Below, piece by piece: positions 1 through 9,478 of a DNA stretch of 64,000 bases. Both the position numbers and the translations under genes were made by a program. The notes under the pieces are model-generated. The model ran no database searches, had not been told where the DNA came from, and saw only the letters and a list, made by a program, of their open reading frames with translations. The DNA comes from a virus (lineage: Duplodnaviria > Caudoviricetes), in IMG/VR virus record IMGVR_UViG_3300017963_000032, positions 15,465-79,464 of that record, one strand, 5' to 3'. How positions within the stretch are numbered: the stretch's first letter is position 1; every line of letters begins with the position of its first letter.

Positions 1-917
1 TGGATACAGTTATTTTAGAAGTTAACTGGACTGGAACACTCACAAACTTTACTGTAACAAATGTATCAGATACATACTCCTATGAGCTCAACACCACAGA
101 TTATGGAGTAGGAACAATGTATTATAGATGGTATGCAAATAACAGCTTTAGCAATAGCAACCAGACAGGATGGTACAATATAACTCTTGCAAAATTCCAG
201 ACAGTAATAACTATGACTCTTAATGGAGCATCAGCAAACTTGACAATCATAACACCTACAACTGTAGAGATTAATGGAAGCATAACATGTGTTTATTGTA
301 CACAGAACTTGACTCTCTATAATGATACTGGAGATTTGTTAGCTAATCAAGCAAGTCCTTTATCATATAGCGAACTTGTAAACATTAGCATAGGAGAGAA
401 TATAACTTACACCATAAATTTCACAGGAAATGCAAATTACACGGCTGCAAATCAGAGCTATACTGTTTTCATGACAGACAATCAAGCACCAGTATGGAGC
501 ACAATTCCAAATCAGACTCTAAAAAGAGGACATAAACTTATTGTTAATCTAAGCCAATACGTGACAGACCCAGAAGGAGACCCAGTAAATTACTCAGTCT
601 CAGCTCAAAACCTAGAGCAAGTTGCATGTGATATAAACACAACAAATGGGAATGTAACTCTTTGGGGGATGGTTAATCAAACCACAAACCAGACTTGGTA
701 TGGGAATGCAACATGCACAATAGTTGCAACAGACGTAGGAGGCTCATCTAGCACAACACTTAACATAGAAGTTAACAGCACAGGATACGTAGTTATCGGA
801 AACTTCCTAGATAACTATGCAGGATTCTGGAACATAACCACTGTAGTCAACAGAAATATAAACCTGAGCTGTATTGCATGGGATACTTATGACTTTTCAA
901 GGTGGAAATATGAATAA
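1..917 (+). CDS. 5'-truncated surface/virion protein with Ig/cadherin-like repeat
   Basis: Frame is open from the window edge (DTVILEVNWTG...). Thr/Asn-rich with many N-x-S/T sequons. DNQAPVWSTIPNQ...VTDPEGDPVNY resembles cadherin-like repeats. Confidence 0.6.
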   Translation, partial: DTVILEVNWTGTLTNFTVTNVSDTYSYELNTTDYGVGTMYYRWYANNSFSNSNQTGWYNITLAKFQTVITMTLNGASANLTIITPTTVEINGSITCVYCTQNLTLYNDTGDLLANQASPLSYSELVNISIGENITYTINFTGNANYTAANQSYTVFMTDNQAPVWSTIPNQTLKRGHKLIVNLSQYVTDPEGDPVNYSVSAQNLEQVACDINTTNGNVTLWGMVNQTTNQTWYGNATCTIVATDVGGSSSTTLNIEVNSTGYVVIGNFLDNYAGFWNITTVVNRNINLSCIAWDTYDFSRWKYE

Positions 918-3813
918 GAAAATACTTTTGATAATGCTTGTAATGATTTTGCTAGCTGCACCAGTATTCGCAACAGTCTATCAAGTCCCATCCGAATATA
1001 ATTATTCTGCTGCTTACGCACTAGCTAGTGAGAATGATACAATAAATGTTTCTTCAGGAAGTATAGATGCAGTTGTTGCAAAAGGAATAATAATCAGAGC
1101 CTATAATACTTCGGTGTCTTATTTGAACATAACATCAAGTGCAAAAATATTTGGAATCAATGTCACAGGCGGACAATATTTTGGAAGCAAAGGAACGTAC
1201 AACGTTGATGGTTATGATAAGGCAGCGATTTTCGCTTCAGGAAATAACATTTATTTAGAGGATGTAACAATAACTTCAATAGCTGGTCAGAATGGAGGGG
1301 CAAAAAGCGCAGGAAGCGGAGGAGTTAGAAGATGTTATAATGGTGCTGGAGGAAATGGTTATGGTATTTATAGCACAGCGGCAGGCCTCAAGACAGAGAA
1401 CCTTCAAATAACTTCAATCTCAGGAGGAGTTGGGAGCAGTTCCGCAAGAGCCGATTCTGACGATGACGATGACTGCGAGGGAGGAATTGGTGGAGATGCT
1501 TATGGGATTTACAATTCTGAAGGCCACATGCAAATTTATAATTCTCAAATAACTACTGTAAGAAGTGGAAATGGAGGTAATGCAGACGCTGATGATGGAG
1601 ATGCCAGTGGAGGAGTAAACGGATATGCATATGGGATTTACACTGATGATTATACTAGCGTAATAAATTCAACAATAACTTCAGTAACTGGCGGAACTGT
1701 AGGTAAAGCATATAATGATGATGAGTGCGATGCTACAAACGGTCGTTCAGCAAGAGGTTCTTATGCTTTCTATGGGGACGATTACAATTTAATTTCAAAC
1801 TCAACTATAACAACAGTCCAAGGAGGAACAGGAGGCCAAGGGGATATTGATGGCGGTTGCGACGGAGATGATGACGAGAACGGTTGGGACGGAGGTTCAG
1901 GTGGATTTTCTTATGGTATAAGAACAGATAGAAATGCCTATGTTTATGGAAATACCGTCTCAGCAATAACTGGAGGAACTGGAGTTAATGGAGGTTCTGG
2001 AACAGGTGGAGAATGTGAAGACGGAGGAGACGGAGGAAGCTCAGGAGCAGTTTATGCAATAAGGATAGCGGCAAACTCAAATACTTATGATAATATAGTT
2101 TATGATTTAAATGGAGGAGTTGCAGGAAATGGAATAAGTGACAATGGAGACGGGGGAAACGGAGGAACAGCATCAGGTTTGATAGCATTATACTGTACAG
2201 GAGTGGGTTGTGATATTTATTCCAACACAGTTTATGATTTAGAAGGGAGCAATGGAGGTGTAGGTGGAGCTAACACAGATGATGACTGTAAAGACAATGG
2301 GGGAAGCGGAGGTGCAGGTTCTTCAACTTATGCATCATATTTTACTTCAAACTCAAATACTTATGTTTATAATAATAATTTCACAGACTTGAACCCGGGA
2401 GATGGAGCGGCACCGGGAAGCAATAGGAGAGCAGGTTACAGAAGTTATGGTGGAAGTGGAGGAAGCTCTTATGGTATGTTTAGTTCTTCAGGAGCAGTCG
2501 GAGACATAACACATTATAATAATTCAATGAGTGATTTCACATGGGGAAACAGAGGATGTGATAAAATTCAAGGAACTAACAGGTGTGATTTAAACCCTGA
2601 TGATTTTGGGAATGTCATCCCTTTGACAAATTCTTCAGTAACAGAACCAACACCTCAAACTTCACAAAGCGAAGAAACAGGCTCAACTATAACAATAAAT
2701 TGGTATACTACATTAGATATTTATGGAACTGGAACAACTGGTTCGGCTTTAGCAGTTAATTATGATTTGTATCATGGAGACAACAGCTCAGTCCAAACAA
2801 GCAGCATAGGTTCTGCAACATTATCAACTGACTGTTCAAATATTGTTTGCTCAAAGACATGGACTTATGGAGCAGAAACAGGAAGAGCTTACATCAAAGT
2901 CAACAGTTCAACAACAACCCTCACAAGCGCATACACTCTTGAAGAAGTAAGTAAATATTATTATATATTGCCTTATACTTTTACAGTCTCAGCTTATCCA
3001 ACATCAAGCCCGTACAGAACTTCTAACTTAACTTGCAAAGCTTACATAACAAGCACAGAAGTTTATGCAGCAACAGGGAATGTAACTTGGTACAAGAACG
3101 GAGCGTATTTCTCAAACCAAACAGGACAAAGCATAGCCCTGAATTCAAACGTGACAATCTCACCTCAAGTTAATATATCAGACTTAACAGTTGATGATGT
3201 ATGGAATTGTTCTATTTCTGTAACCGACACTGTAAAGTCTTCAAGTGATAGTGATACAACAACTATTTTGAATTACAGACCTACAAATCCAACTGACTTA
3301 CAATGCAATGAGACAACATGTCCTGCAAGCAAAGTTGATTGGTTCTATATTAATTGCAATGGGAGTACGGATACAGAGAATGACACAATCAGTTATTTCA
3401 TCGGAGCAGAAAGTCCAACAATGGAATCTCTTCCAAACATGACTCAAGTTAACAACAGATTAGATATTCAGTTCTGCTCAGGAATAAGCATCTTACAATT
3501 CAGACCTGACATGTCAAACTTCAACTTTACCAGCTTGACTTTGACCCAATATAATGTGACTGCAACAAATGTTTCAACAGCAGGATGCCTTTACAATGCA
3601 ACATGCACTTATGATTGTCCAATAAATGTAACTGCTTATGTTAGCTCTTCATCCAGCACTCATAATATAACATGTAATAATACTGTCTTGACTACTTCAC
3701 CTCAAGTAGTTTATACTGGAGTGAACACAAGTTATTTCCCTTTCAACTGTACAATGGATTATGTGAATGCAACGGGCGGTTACGATTTCAACCTACTATT
3801 TGATATACAATGA
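910..3813 (+). CDS. large secreted beta-helix/Gly-rich repeat protein (adhesin or fibre-like)
   Basis: Signal peptide MNKKILLIMLVMILLAAPVFA from ATG 910. Repeated YGIY...ITxVxGGxGG units with Asp/Cys-rich loops. Many sequons. Confidence 0.6.
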   Translation: MNKKILLIMLVMILLAAPVFATVYQVPSEYNYSAAYALASENDTINVSSGSIDAVVAKGIIIRAYNTSVSYLNITSSAKIFGINVTGGQYFGSKGTYNVDGYDKAAIFASGNNIYLEDVTITSIAGQNGGAKSAGSGGVRRCYNGAGGNGYGIYSTAAGLKTENLQITSISGGVGSSSARADSDDDDDCEGGIGGDAYGIYNSEGHMQIYNSQITTVRSGNGGNADADDGDASGGVNGYAYGIYTDDYTSVINSTITSVTGGTVGKAYNDDECDATNGRSARGSYAFYGDDYNLISNSTITTVQGGTGGQGDIDGGCDGDDDENGWDGGSGGFSYGIRTDRNAYVYGNTVSAITGGTGVNGGSGTGGECEDGGDGGSSGAVYAIRIAANSNTYDNIVYDLNGGVAGNGISDNGDGGNGGTASGLIALYCTGVGCDIYSNTVYDLEGSNGGVGGANTDDDCKDNGGSGGAGSSTYASYFTSNSNTYVYNNNFTDLNPGDGAAPGSNRRAGYRSYGGSGGSSYGMFSSSGAVGDITHYNNSMSDFTWGNRGCDKIQGTNRCDLNPDDFGNVIPLTNSSVTEPTPQTSQSEETGSTITINWYTTLDIYGTGTTGSALAVNYDLYHGDNSSVQTSSIGSATLSTDCSNIVCSKTWTYGAETGRAYIKVNSSTTTLTSAYTLEEVSKYYYILPYTFTVSAYPTSSPYRTSNLTCKAYITSTEVYAATGNVTWYKNGAYFSNQTGQSIALNSNVTISPQVNISDLTVDDVWNCSISVTDTVKSSSDSDTTTILNYRPTNPTDLQCNETTCPASKVDWFYINCNGSTDTENDTISYFIGAESPTMESLPNMTQVNNRLDIQFCSGISILQFRPDMSNFNFTSLTLTQYNVTATNVSTAGCLYNATCTYDCPINVTAYVSSSSSTHNITCNNTVLTTSPQVVYTGVNTSYFPFNCTMDYVNATGGYDFNLLFDIQ

Positions 3814-4139
3814 CACCAAGAGCAACATTCGGAGGCTCAGGAGATTTTCCAAGCCTATTAGCAAGTAAACAGATTCACTTAGGCAATACCATAGTCAGAG
3901 TAAATATAAGGTGTGTCTTTGAAGGAACAATCCGGATGGAGATGACTGCCGATGGAACTAACTGGGAGTATGTTGGAGCATTGACTAGCGGAATTTTATC
4001 AACATATACTTTTACAAATCCCGGGGGAAATGTCCAGTACAGGATAATTGGATATTCTGGAGCCAAACTAAAGAATGAATATAATGCTGACGGCAGTTAC
4101 AGCAAAGCCGCAATAAGAATAGAACTAGCTGAGGTATGA
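3810..4139 (+). CDS. hypothetical beta-rich (structural?) protein
   Basis: ORF with ATGA overlaps at both ends. Confidence 0.55.
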   Translation: MTPRATFGGSGDFPSLLASKQIHLGNTIVRVNIRCVFEGTIRMEMTADGTNWEYVGALTSGILSTYTFTNPGGNVQYRIIGYSGAKLKNEYNADGSYSKAAIRIELAEV

Positions 4140-4972
4140 AAATGGTAAACACACAATATTGGCTTGAGCTAATTAAACGTTATTTCAGGCATGGAAAATT
4201 TGTTTTGGACTTAGAACCTTTAGATGTAGATAAGAGGGATTTAAAGCTTAGAGGAAGGCCTAAATCAGGCACTGTAGACTTATCATGGGATGACCAAGAA
4301 GTAAAATATCAGGGCAGAGTTGGAAGCTGTGCTAGCCATACTGCAATGAGCTTGTTCGAACAGCAGATAAACAAGATTAATGTTAATTTCTTGAGAGACC
4401 CGGTATTCAAAAAGGGCTTCAGCGAGAGATACCATTACTATTTTGCAAGGAAACTCAACGGAGGCTTCCCAAAGTTTGGAGGGATGACAGTTAGAGATAT
4501 GTTCAAAGTGATGCACAAGTATGGGATGGCCCCAGATAAATTATGCCCGTACAAGATAGCAGAACTGAATGATGAACCAAACTTTGCAGCCCAACAATAT
4601 GGGAGGAACTTCTGGAAAATTAAGGACTACTTTTTCATAAAGGATTCCGATGAAGTTGTTACCTGCCTTAACTCTGGAAGAGCCGTAGGGATAGGACTTA
4701 AAGTATGGAATTTCAAAGCCGATAAGACAACAGGGTATATCCCAATGCCTGATTTAAAAAGAGAGACTTACAGGGGAGGGCATGCTGTAACCCTTCTAGG
4801 CTATGATGCCATGCTCGATAGGTTCAAAGGAATCAACAGCTGGGGAACTTGGTGGGGAAAAAAAGGTTATTTTTATATAGATAGAGAGTATGTTGATACT
4901 CACAACGTTGGAATTGGGTCTTGTAACATAGACCCTAAATGGATTAAAACAGGAGGTGCATCAAATGTATGA
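4136..4972 (+). CDS. papain-like C1 family cysteine peptidase
   Basis: QGRVGSC (catalytic Cys), GGHAV (His) and INSWG (Asn) motifs. Confidence 0.88.
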   Translation: MKMVNTQYWLELIKRYFRHGKFVLDLEPLDVDKRDLKLRGRPKSGTVDLSWDDQEVKYQGRVGSCASHTAMSLFEQQINKINVNFLRDPVFKKGFSERYHYYFARKLNGGFPKFGGMTVRDMFKVMHKYGMAPDKLCPYKIAELNDEPNFAAQQYGRNFWKIKDYFFIKDSDEVVTCLNSGRAVGIGLKVWNFKADKTTGYIPMPDLKRETYRGGHAVTLLGYDAMLDRFKGINSWGTWWGKKGYFYIDREYVDTHNVGIGSCNIDPKWIKTGGASNV

Positions 4973-5252
4973 CCATATAATCGGAGGCGCTATTGCTGGG
5001 CTTGGATATTCCTTGCTTGGTTATGGAAAGAACCTCAAAGAAAAAGAAGAAAGTTTTGACTGGACAAAGTTCGGTAAGAGCATAGTAATCTGTACAGTTG
5101 TTGGAGGAGTTACAGGTTACACAGGAGCAGACTTCAATGCGGCTTTAACAGGTAGCATGGGTATTGCTATAACAAGTGTTGTAAACAACGCTGTAAGGTT
5201 TGTAAAGACCTTTCTAGAGAAAAAAGGAGTGAAGCTCAAAAAGAAAAAATAG
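4965..5252 (+). CDS. small membrane protein, holin-like
   Basis: GGAGGTG RBS before ATG 4965. Two to three hydrophobic segments and a highly basic C-terminus. Confidence 0.55.
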   Translation: MYDHIIGGAIAGLGYSLLGYGKNLKEKEESFDWTKFGKSIVICTVVGGVTGYTGADFNAALTGSMGIAITSVVNNAVRFVKTFLEKKGVKLKKKK

Positions 5253-5277
5253 AAACTCTTGAGTTATAACTGGAGCA

Positions 5278-5415
5278 ATGACGCTCAAGAAGAAGGTCCG
5301 GGAGATTCTTTGGAATCTCTTGGACTGGATTATTTCTAAGTACTATACTGCCGAGTATCTTGAGGTAAATACTAGAGGAAAAGTAATTGCAAAAATTAAA
5401 ATAAGAAGAAAGTAA
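5278..5415 (+). CDS. 45-aa basic amphipathic peptide
   Basis: Read manually: MTLKKKVREILWNLLDWIISKYY...KIRRK*. Not in the ORF track. Confidence 0.4.
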   Translation: MTLKKKVREILWNLLDWIISKYYTAEYLEVNTRGKVIAKIKIRRK

Positions 5416-5437
5416 ATTTTCTACTTCTTAATTGTTA

Positions 5438-5451
5438 CAAAAGTTTATATA
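5438..5451 (+). promoter_or_regulatory. archaeal BRE/TATA promoter
   Basis: CAAAAGTTTATATA about 25 nt upstream of ATG 5477. Confidence 0.6.
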
Positions 5452-5476
5452 ATAATTATATCACAAAAATACAAAA

Positions 5477-5710
5477 ATGGGAAAAAATATTACAATTTCT
5501 GATGAGCTGCACAGGAAGCTCAAAGTTGAAGCTGCACAAGCAGGTGATACACTACAAGATTATGTTGAAGAAAAGCTGGAGGGTTCTAAATTGATAAAGA
5601 AAAAAGATGATAAATCCATTGAAGAAATCAAAGAAGGACTTGGAGATGGAAAACAGGTTACTTCAGAAGCACTCGAAGCAGCCAATAGGAAGAAGAGATT
5701 AGCAGAATAG
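5477..5710 (+). CDS. ribbon-helix-helix DNA-binding protein
   Basis: KNITISDELHRKLKVEAAQAGDTLQDYVEE fits the RHH pattern. Confidence 0.65.
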   Translation: MGKNITISDELHRKLKVEAAQAGDTLQDYVEEKLEGSKLIKKKDDKSIEEIKEGLGDGKQVTSEALEAANRKKRLAE

Positions 5711-5721
5711 AGGTAAAGTAA

Positions 5722-6192
5722 ATGTTTGATTGGTGGTTTAAGAAAACAAGGTCCATAGACGATTTGAGGGAGACTCTTGAAGTCCCCGAGTATAGAGAGT
5801 TCTTACTATTTTACACCAAAAACAACAATGAGATAATAAACCCGATGGGGTTCTTTCATCTATTCAGATATTTTCATGTAGAAAAATCTAAGAATCCAAA
5901 CCTCAAAGACATAGGTGCGTACGTTCTAAAGAAAATAAAGGAGCTGAAGAACAAAGAATTTAAAGCTGCACCGCCAATGGTAAAGCTTAACATTAAAAAC
6001 TTCACAAAGTTATGGAAAGATTTAGAAGTGGAATTCAGACACAAAAACAGATACAAGATGCTCAAAGAATTTCTTTTTATGTGCAGTGATGATGACATCC
6101 CATGGGTTGTCAGATTCTTATGCAAAGAAGTAAGATTCCCAAAAGGATGGGATAAAATAATTGAGGAGGCAAAACAAGATGGAAAGATATAG
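5722..6192 (+). CDS. hypothetical protein
   Basis: 156-aa ORF with GAGGT RBS. Confidence 0.6.
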   Translation: MFDWWFKKTRSIDDLRETLEVPEYREFLLFYTKNNNEIINPMGFFHLFRYFHVEKSKNPNLKDIGAYVLKKIKELKNKEFKAAPPMVKLNIKNFTKLWKDLEVEFRHKNRYKMLKEFLFMCSDDDIPWVVRFLCKEVRFPKGWDKIIEEAKQDGKI

Positions 6193-6523
6193 AGTTATCT
6201 GCAAGGCATGTGGTCATGTAGAAAAGGAAGTTGACAAACCGGGACAACCTATAGACCCTCGATGCACTAAGTGCGGTGCTGAAAAGATGGCTGTAGAGCC
6301 TGTGATGAAAGAAGAGATTGACAAAGGCGCAACATTTGATATTGTCATATTCAATAAAGAGACTAACAGAAGCATAAAGGATGGCTTTGCTATGAGTATA
6401 GATGAGCTGAACCTTACAGAGACAAAGAAGAAAAAGCTACTGGTGAAAAAAGTAGCTGATGTGATAGTTTCAATGATGAAGAAGGACCAGAATGTGGCAA
6501 CCTTACTTCAGACACAAAACTAA
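6179..6523 (+). CDS. Zn-ribbon protein
   Basis: CKAC...CTKC. Confidence 0.6.
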   Translation: MERYRVICKACGHVEKEVDKPGQPIDPRCTKCGAEKMAVEPVMKEEIDKGATFDIVIFNKETNRSIKDGFAMSIDELNLTETKKKKLLVKKVADVIVSMMKKDQNVATLLQTQN

Positions 6524-6534
6524 GGAGGAAGAAA

Positions 6535-6882
6535 ATGAAATTAGCAAAAATTATAGAAACAGACGTTAGGAGTAATTTCCAAGAAGCAGAGATGCAAGTC
6601 AACAAACACATGGTTGAACTGCAAAAGAATGGTTGTGAGATTCTAGAATCTCCAAGGATTATTGAGAAGAGTTCAGGATTCTTGATAGGAGTTATTTATT
6701 ATGATGACCCTAAAATGGTTCCTGAAGAAGACAAACCAGAAGAGACAGGCGGTGAAGAAGAGGCAGCTGAAGCTGAAACAGAAGATGATGCTCCAGCTGA
6801 AGAGGAAGAGGCTCCTGAAGAAGAAGCCGAAGAAGAAACAACAGAAGAAGAAAAGCCTGAAAAAGAAGAAAAGAAAAAATGA
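6535..6882 (+). CDS. protein with Glu-rich acidic C-terminus
   Basis: GGAGG RBS and a low-complexity acidic tail. Confidence 0.6.
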   Translation: MKLAKIIETDVRSNFQEAEMQVNKHMVELQKNGCEILESPRIIEKSSGFLIGVIYYDDPKMVPEEDKPEETGGEEEAAEAETEDDAPAEEEEAPEEEAEEETTEEEKPEKEEKKK

Positions 6883-7277
6883 TGAGTGACGACGAGAAGA
6901 GAAAAGCTAAGCTGCAATTAAAAGCTTATGAAGATAAGCTTATGCAGATTGCAGAAGAGCACGGCCAGAAATGGGGAAGGGGAGTGATGGAAGCAACAGA
7001 AGAAAGATTCGCAGAGATTTACAATAAACTCATTGACTTCTTCAACAAGGAGAATCTTCCCGTCACCATAAAAAGAAGGTTGGCTGCTGACTTAGAATAT
7101 GTCGACGGCTATCCCGGACTGGTTCTAGGAGGACAGATTGTAACCGCAGAGTTCAGACTGATGCCTCTTGACCAGACAGGCAAAGAAAAGATAGACGAGA
7201 AAGTTAACCAAGAGGTTAGCGAGATTCTCGCAAAAAAGAATGAATTACAACTGAAGTTGGAGGCAGATGCAAAATGA
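6879..7277 (+). CDS. hypothetical protein
   Basis: ORF translationally coupled to its neighbours. Confidence 0.55.
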   Translation: MMSDDEKRKAKLQLKAYEDKLMQIAEEHGQKWGRGVMEATEERFAEIYNKLIDFFNKENLPVTIKRRLAADLEYVDGYPGLVLGGQIVTAEFRLMPLDQTGKEKIDEKVNQEVSEILAKKNELQLKLEADAK

Positions 7278-7558
7278 GACAAGGAGGATTTAAACCACCT
7301 GTTAATGAAGGTCAAGAAATAGAGCTCGAGATAATGAGCAAGGGAGCTAAAGGAGACCCTATTGGAAAAGTTGATGGTTATACAATTTTTGTTCAAGGAG
7401 ACGTCAACATAGGAGAGAAGGTAAATGTCAGAATTACAAAGACACTTGACAAGTTTGGTTTCGCAGAGATAATAGGAGATTCAGAAGAAGTTCCAGAAGA
7501 ATCTGAACAAGAAAACACAGAAGATTTTGGAGAAGATGAAAGCGGAACTGAAGATTAG
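7274..7558 (+). CDS. single TRAM-domain protein (archaeal RNA chaperone type)
   Basis: PVNEGQEIELEI...GxxGDPIGKVDGYTIFV...GEKVNVRI...FGFAE. Confidence 0.85.
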   Translation: MRQGGFKPPVNEGQEIELEIMSKGAKGDPIGKVDGYTIFVQGDVNIGEKVNVRITKTLDKFGFAEIIGDSEEVPEESEQENTEDFGEDESGTED

Positions 7559-7721
7559 GTGCTCTCATTGCGGTAGCACACTCATAGTTGAGAAGGGGGA
7601 CGAAGTCCAGAAGAACGAGGCGGTCGTTGGGCTTCCCCCTAACTCACTATTCGTATCTTGCATAGTTTGCAAAGCGCCAGTGAGTCTCGGGGTTGAAGAA
7701 TGGAAGAAGAAAAAACAGTAA
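7536..7721 (+). CDS. Zn-ribbon protein
   Basis: CSHC...CIVC. Confidence 0.55.
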   Translation: MKAELKIRCSHCGSTLIVEKGDEVQKNEAVVGLPPNSLFVSCIVCKAPVSLGVEEWKKKKQ

Positions 7722-8953
7722 TGATTTTTGGAGATAGATGGGAAAGTACAACAGGCTATGCTAGAATGGGCAAGATGCTTGCAAGAGATTTATCTAAAGA
7801 CCATAAGGTTATTTATGTTGGGGGCAATTATGGGTGTGACCCTACAGATATAGAAGTTGTAACAAAAGAAGGAGTCATTGTAGTTCCAATGTATCCTCCT
7901 GAAGGAAGCAACGAATACCTGATTCGATTAATGACTTATCTTAACAAGTACTCTCCAGATGTTTTGTTTGTCATAGGAGATGCAATAATAAGAGAATCAT
8001 TACAACATCTTAATTTGATAAATTATAATGATAAAATAAAAAAGATATTCTATTCTTTTGTTGATTCAGAGGGCCTTCCATCGGCAGGCATAGAATTCAT
8101 GAATAAGATGGATATAATTATTCCTCCTTCAAAGTTTGGCGAAGACCAGATGAAAAGGGAAGGGTTCGAAGTAACAGAGCCAGTATTGTGCCCTGTTGAC
8201 AAGACTGTCTTTAAGCCGATAAAGGATTTGGCGAAAAAGAATGTTAGGCGCAAGTATAACTTTGGCAAAGAGCACTTCATAGTGTTCAATTATATGAGGT
8301 TTCAAAGACGGAAGAACCCTTTCCACATTCTGGAAGCTGCAATAAAAGTAGGACTTGAACACAAACATGTGAAGTTCTTTTTCCACTGGGTTAAATACAA
8401 TGATTATCCTCACATGAATGCTATTGATTATCTTGATAGAGTAATTCCTAAAAGGATAGATTTACCTGAAGGATTCAAATGGCAGGATGTAATTTGCATC
8501 CATGATAAACCATTGGAGTACGAAGAAGTTGCAGAATTAATTGCTGCGTCAGACCTTTGCTTGAGTGCAAGTAGTGGGGAAGGATTTAACTTGATGATTC
8601 CAGAGAGTTTGTATTCTCATGTACCAATTCTTGTATCAGACAATAGCACAGCAGTTGAAATAACAAATGGGAGAGCGGGCTTGATTGAAGCACCACACCC
8701 TATTGATGCAGGTTATGGAACTTGGCATTACGCTTCTGATGCAGACAATATTTATTCAGAGCTGAATTTGGCAATAACTGATAAAGAACATTACAATTTA
8801 ATGAAGGAAGATGCTATAAAATATAGGGAAGAGTTTGATTTAGACTCTGAGACTTGGATAAAAAAGATGAGAGGGATAATAGATGGGAGAACTGACACCG
8901 CAGATGGAAAAGATGCTGAAGGACCTGAAGCCAAAGAAGAAAAAGAAAGTTAA
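7700..8953 (+). CDS. GT-B fold glycosyltransferase (GT4-like)
   Basis: TTGYARM N-terminal motif, RFQRRKN and the SSGEGFNLMIPE signature. Confidence 0.88.
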   Translation: MEEEKTVMIFGDRWESTTGYARMGKMLARDLSKDHKVIYVGGNYGCDPTDIEVVTKEGVIVVPMYPPEGSNEYLIRLMTYLNKYSPDVLFVIGDAIIRESLQHLNLINYNDKIKKIFYSFVDSEGLPSAGIEFMNKMDIIIPPSKFGEDQMKREGFEVTEPVLCPVDKTVFKPIKDLAKKNVRRKYNFGKEHFIVFNYMRFQRRKNPFHILEAAIKVGLEHKHVKFFFHWVKYNDYPHMNAIDYLDRVIPKRIDLPEGFKWQDVICIHDKPLEYEEVAELIAASDLCLSASSGEGFNLMIPESLYSHVPILVSDNSTAVEITNGRAGLIEAPHPIDAGYGTWHYASDADNIYSELNLAITDKEHYNLMKEDAIKYREEFDLDSETWIKKMRGIIDGRTDTADGKDAEGPEAKEEKES

Positions 8954-9068
8954 GTACACTGCTTGGCAATATGTCTTATCACTGATTACTCTAGCTTTCG
9001 TGTTAGTTTGCTTATTTGCATTTTATGGTGCCCTGATATTACTCGCTAAATGGTTGTGGTATTTATGA
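8883..9068 (+). CDS. small single-TM membrane protein
   Basis: Lys cluster followed by a hydrophobic helix. Start uncertain. Confidence 0.45.
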   Translation: MGELTPQMEKMLKDLKPKKKKKVKYTAWQYVLSLITLAFVLVCLFAFYGALILLAKWLWYL

Positions 9069-9478
9069 AGAAGAAAATAGTCGCAGTAAGCGGATACTTT
9101 ACATGCCTTCATGAAGGACATGTTCGGCTCATGGAAGAAGCAAAGAAACTCGGAGATGAGCTTGTCGTAATTATAAACAATAATAGACAGCAGATTCTAA
9201 AGCATGGTCAAATAGTCCATGATGAGATGAGCATTAAACATACAATAAGACCTTACGAATTTGTTGATAGAGTTATGATTTCTATAGATAAAGATGGTTC
9301 TCAATGTGAGACTTTAAGAGAGCTCAAGCCAGATATTTTTGCTAATGGTGGGGACAGAGACGAAAATAATATTCCAGAAGCAGAAGTTTGCAAAGAGCTA
9401 AAGATAAAAATGGTCTCTAATGTTGGTGGAGAAAAAGTCAACAGCAGCAGTGAGATAAGAAAGAGGATGGGAAAATGA
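9065..9478 (+). CDS. cytidylyltransferase-like nucleotidyltransferase (HxGH family)
   Basis: VAVSGYF..LHEGH, PDIFANGGDR and KVNSSS motifs. Confidence 0.88.
   Translation: MKKKIVAVSGYFTCLHEGHVRLMEEAKKLGDELVVIINNNRQQILKHGQIVHDEMSIKHTIRPYEFVDRVMISIDKDGSQCETLRELKPDIFANGGDRDENNIPEAEVCKELKIKMVSNVGGEKVNSSSEIRKRMGK

Noticed and set aside
5722-6192. DNA ligase N-terminal fragment
   Set aside because: Only a short helical resemblance (DIPWVVRFL..EVR), with no adenylation motif.
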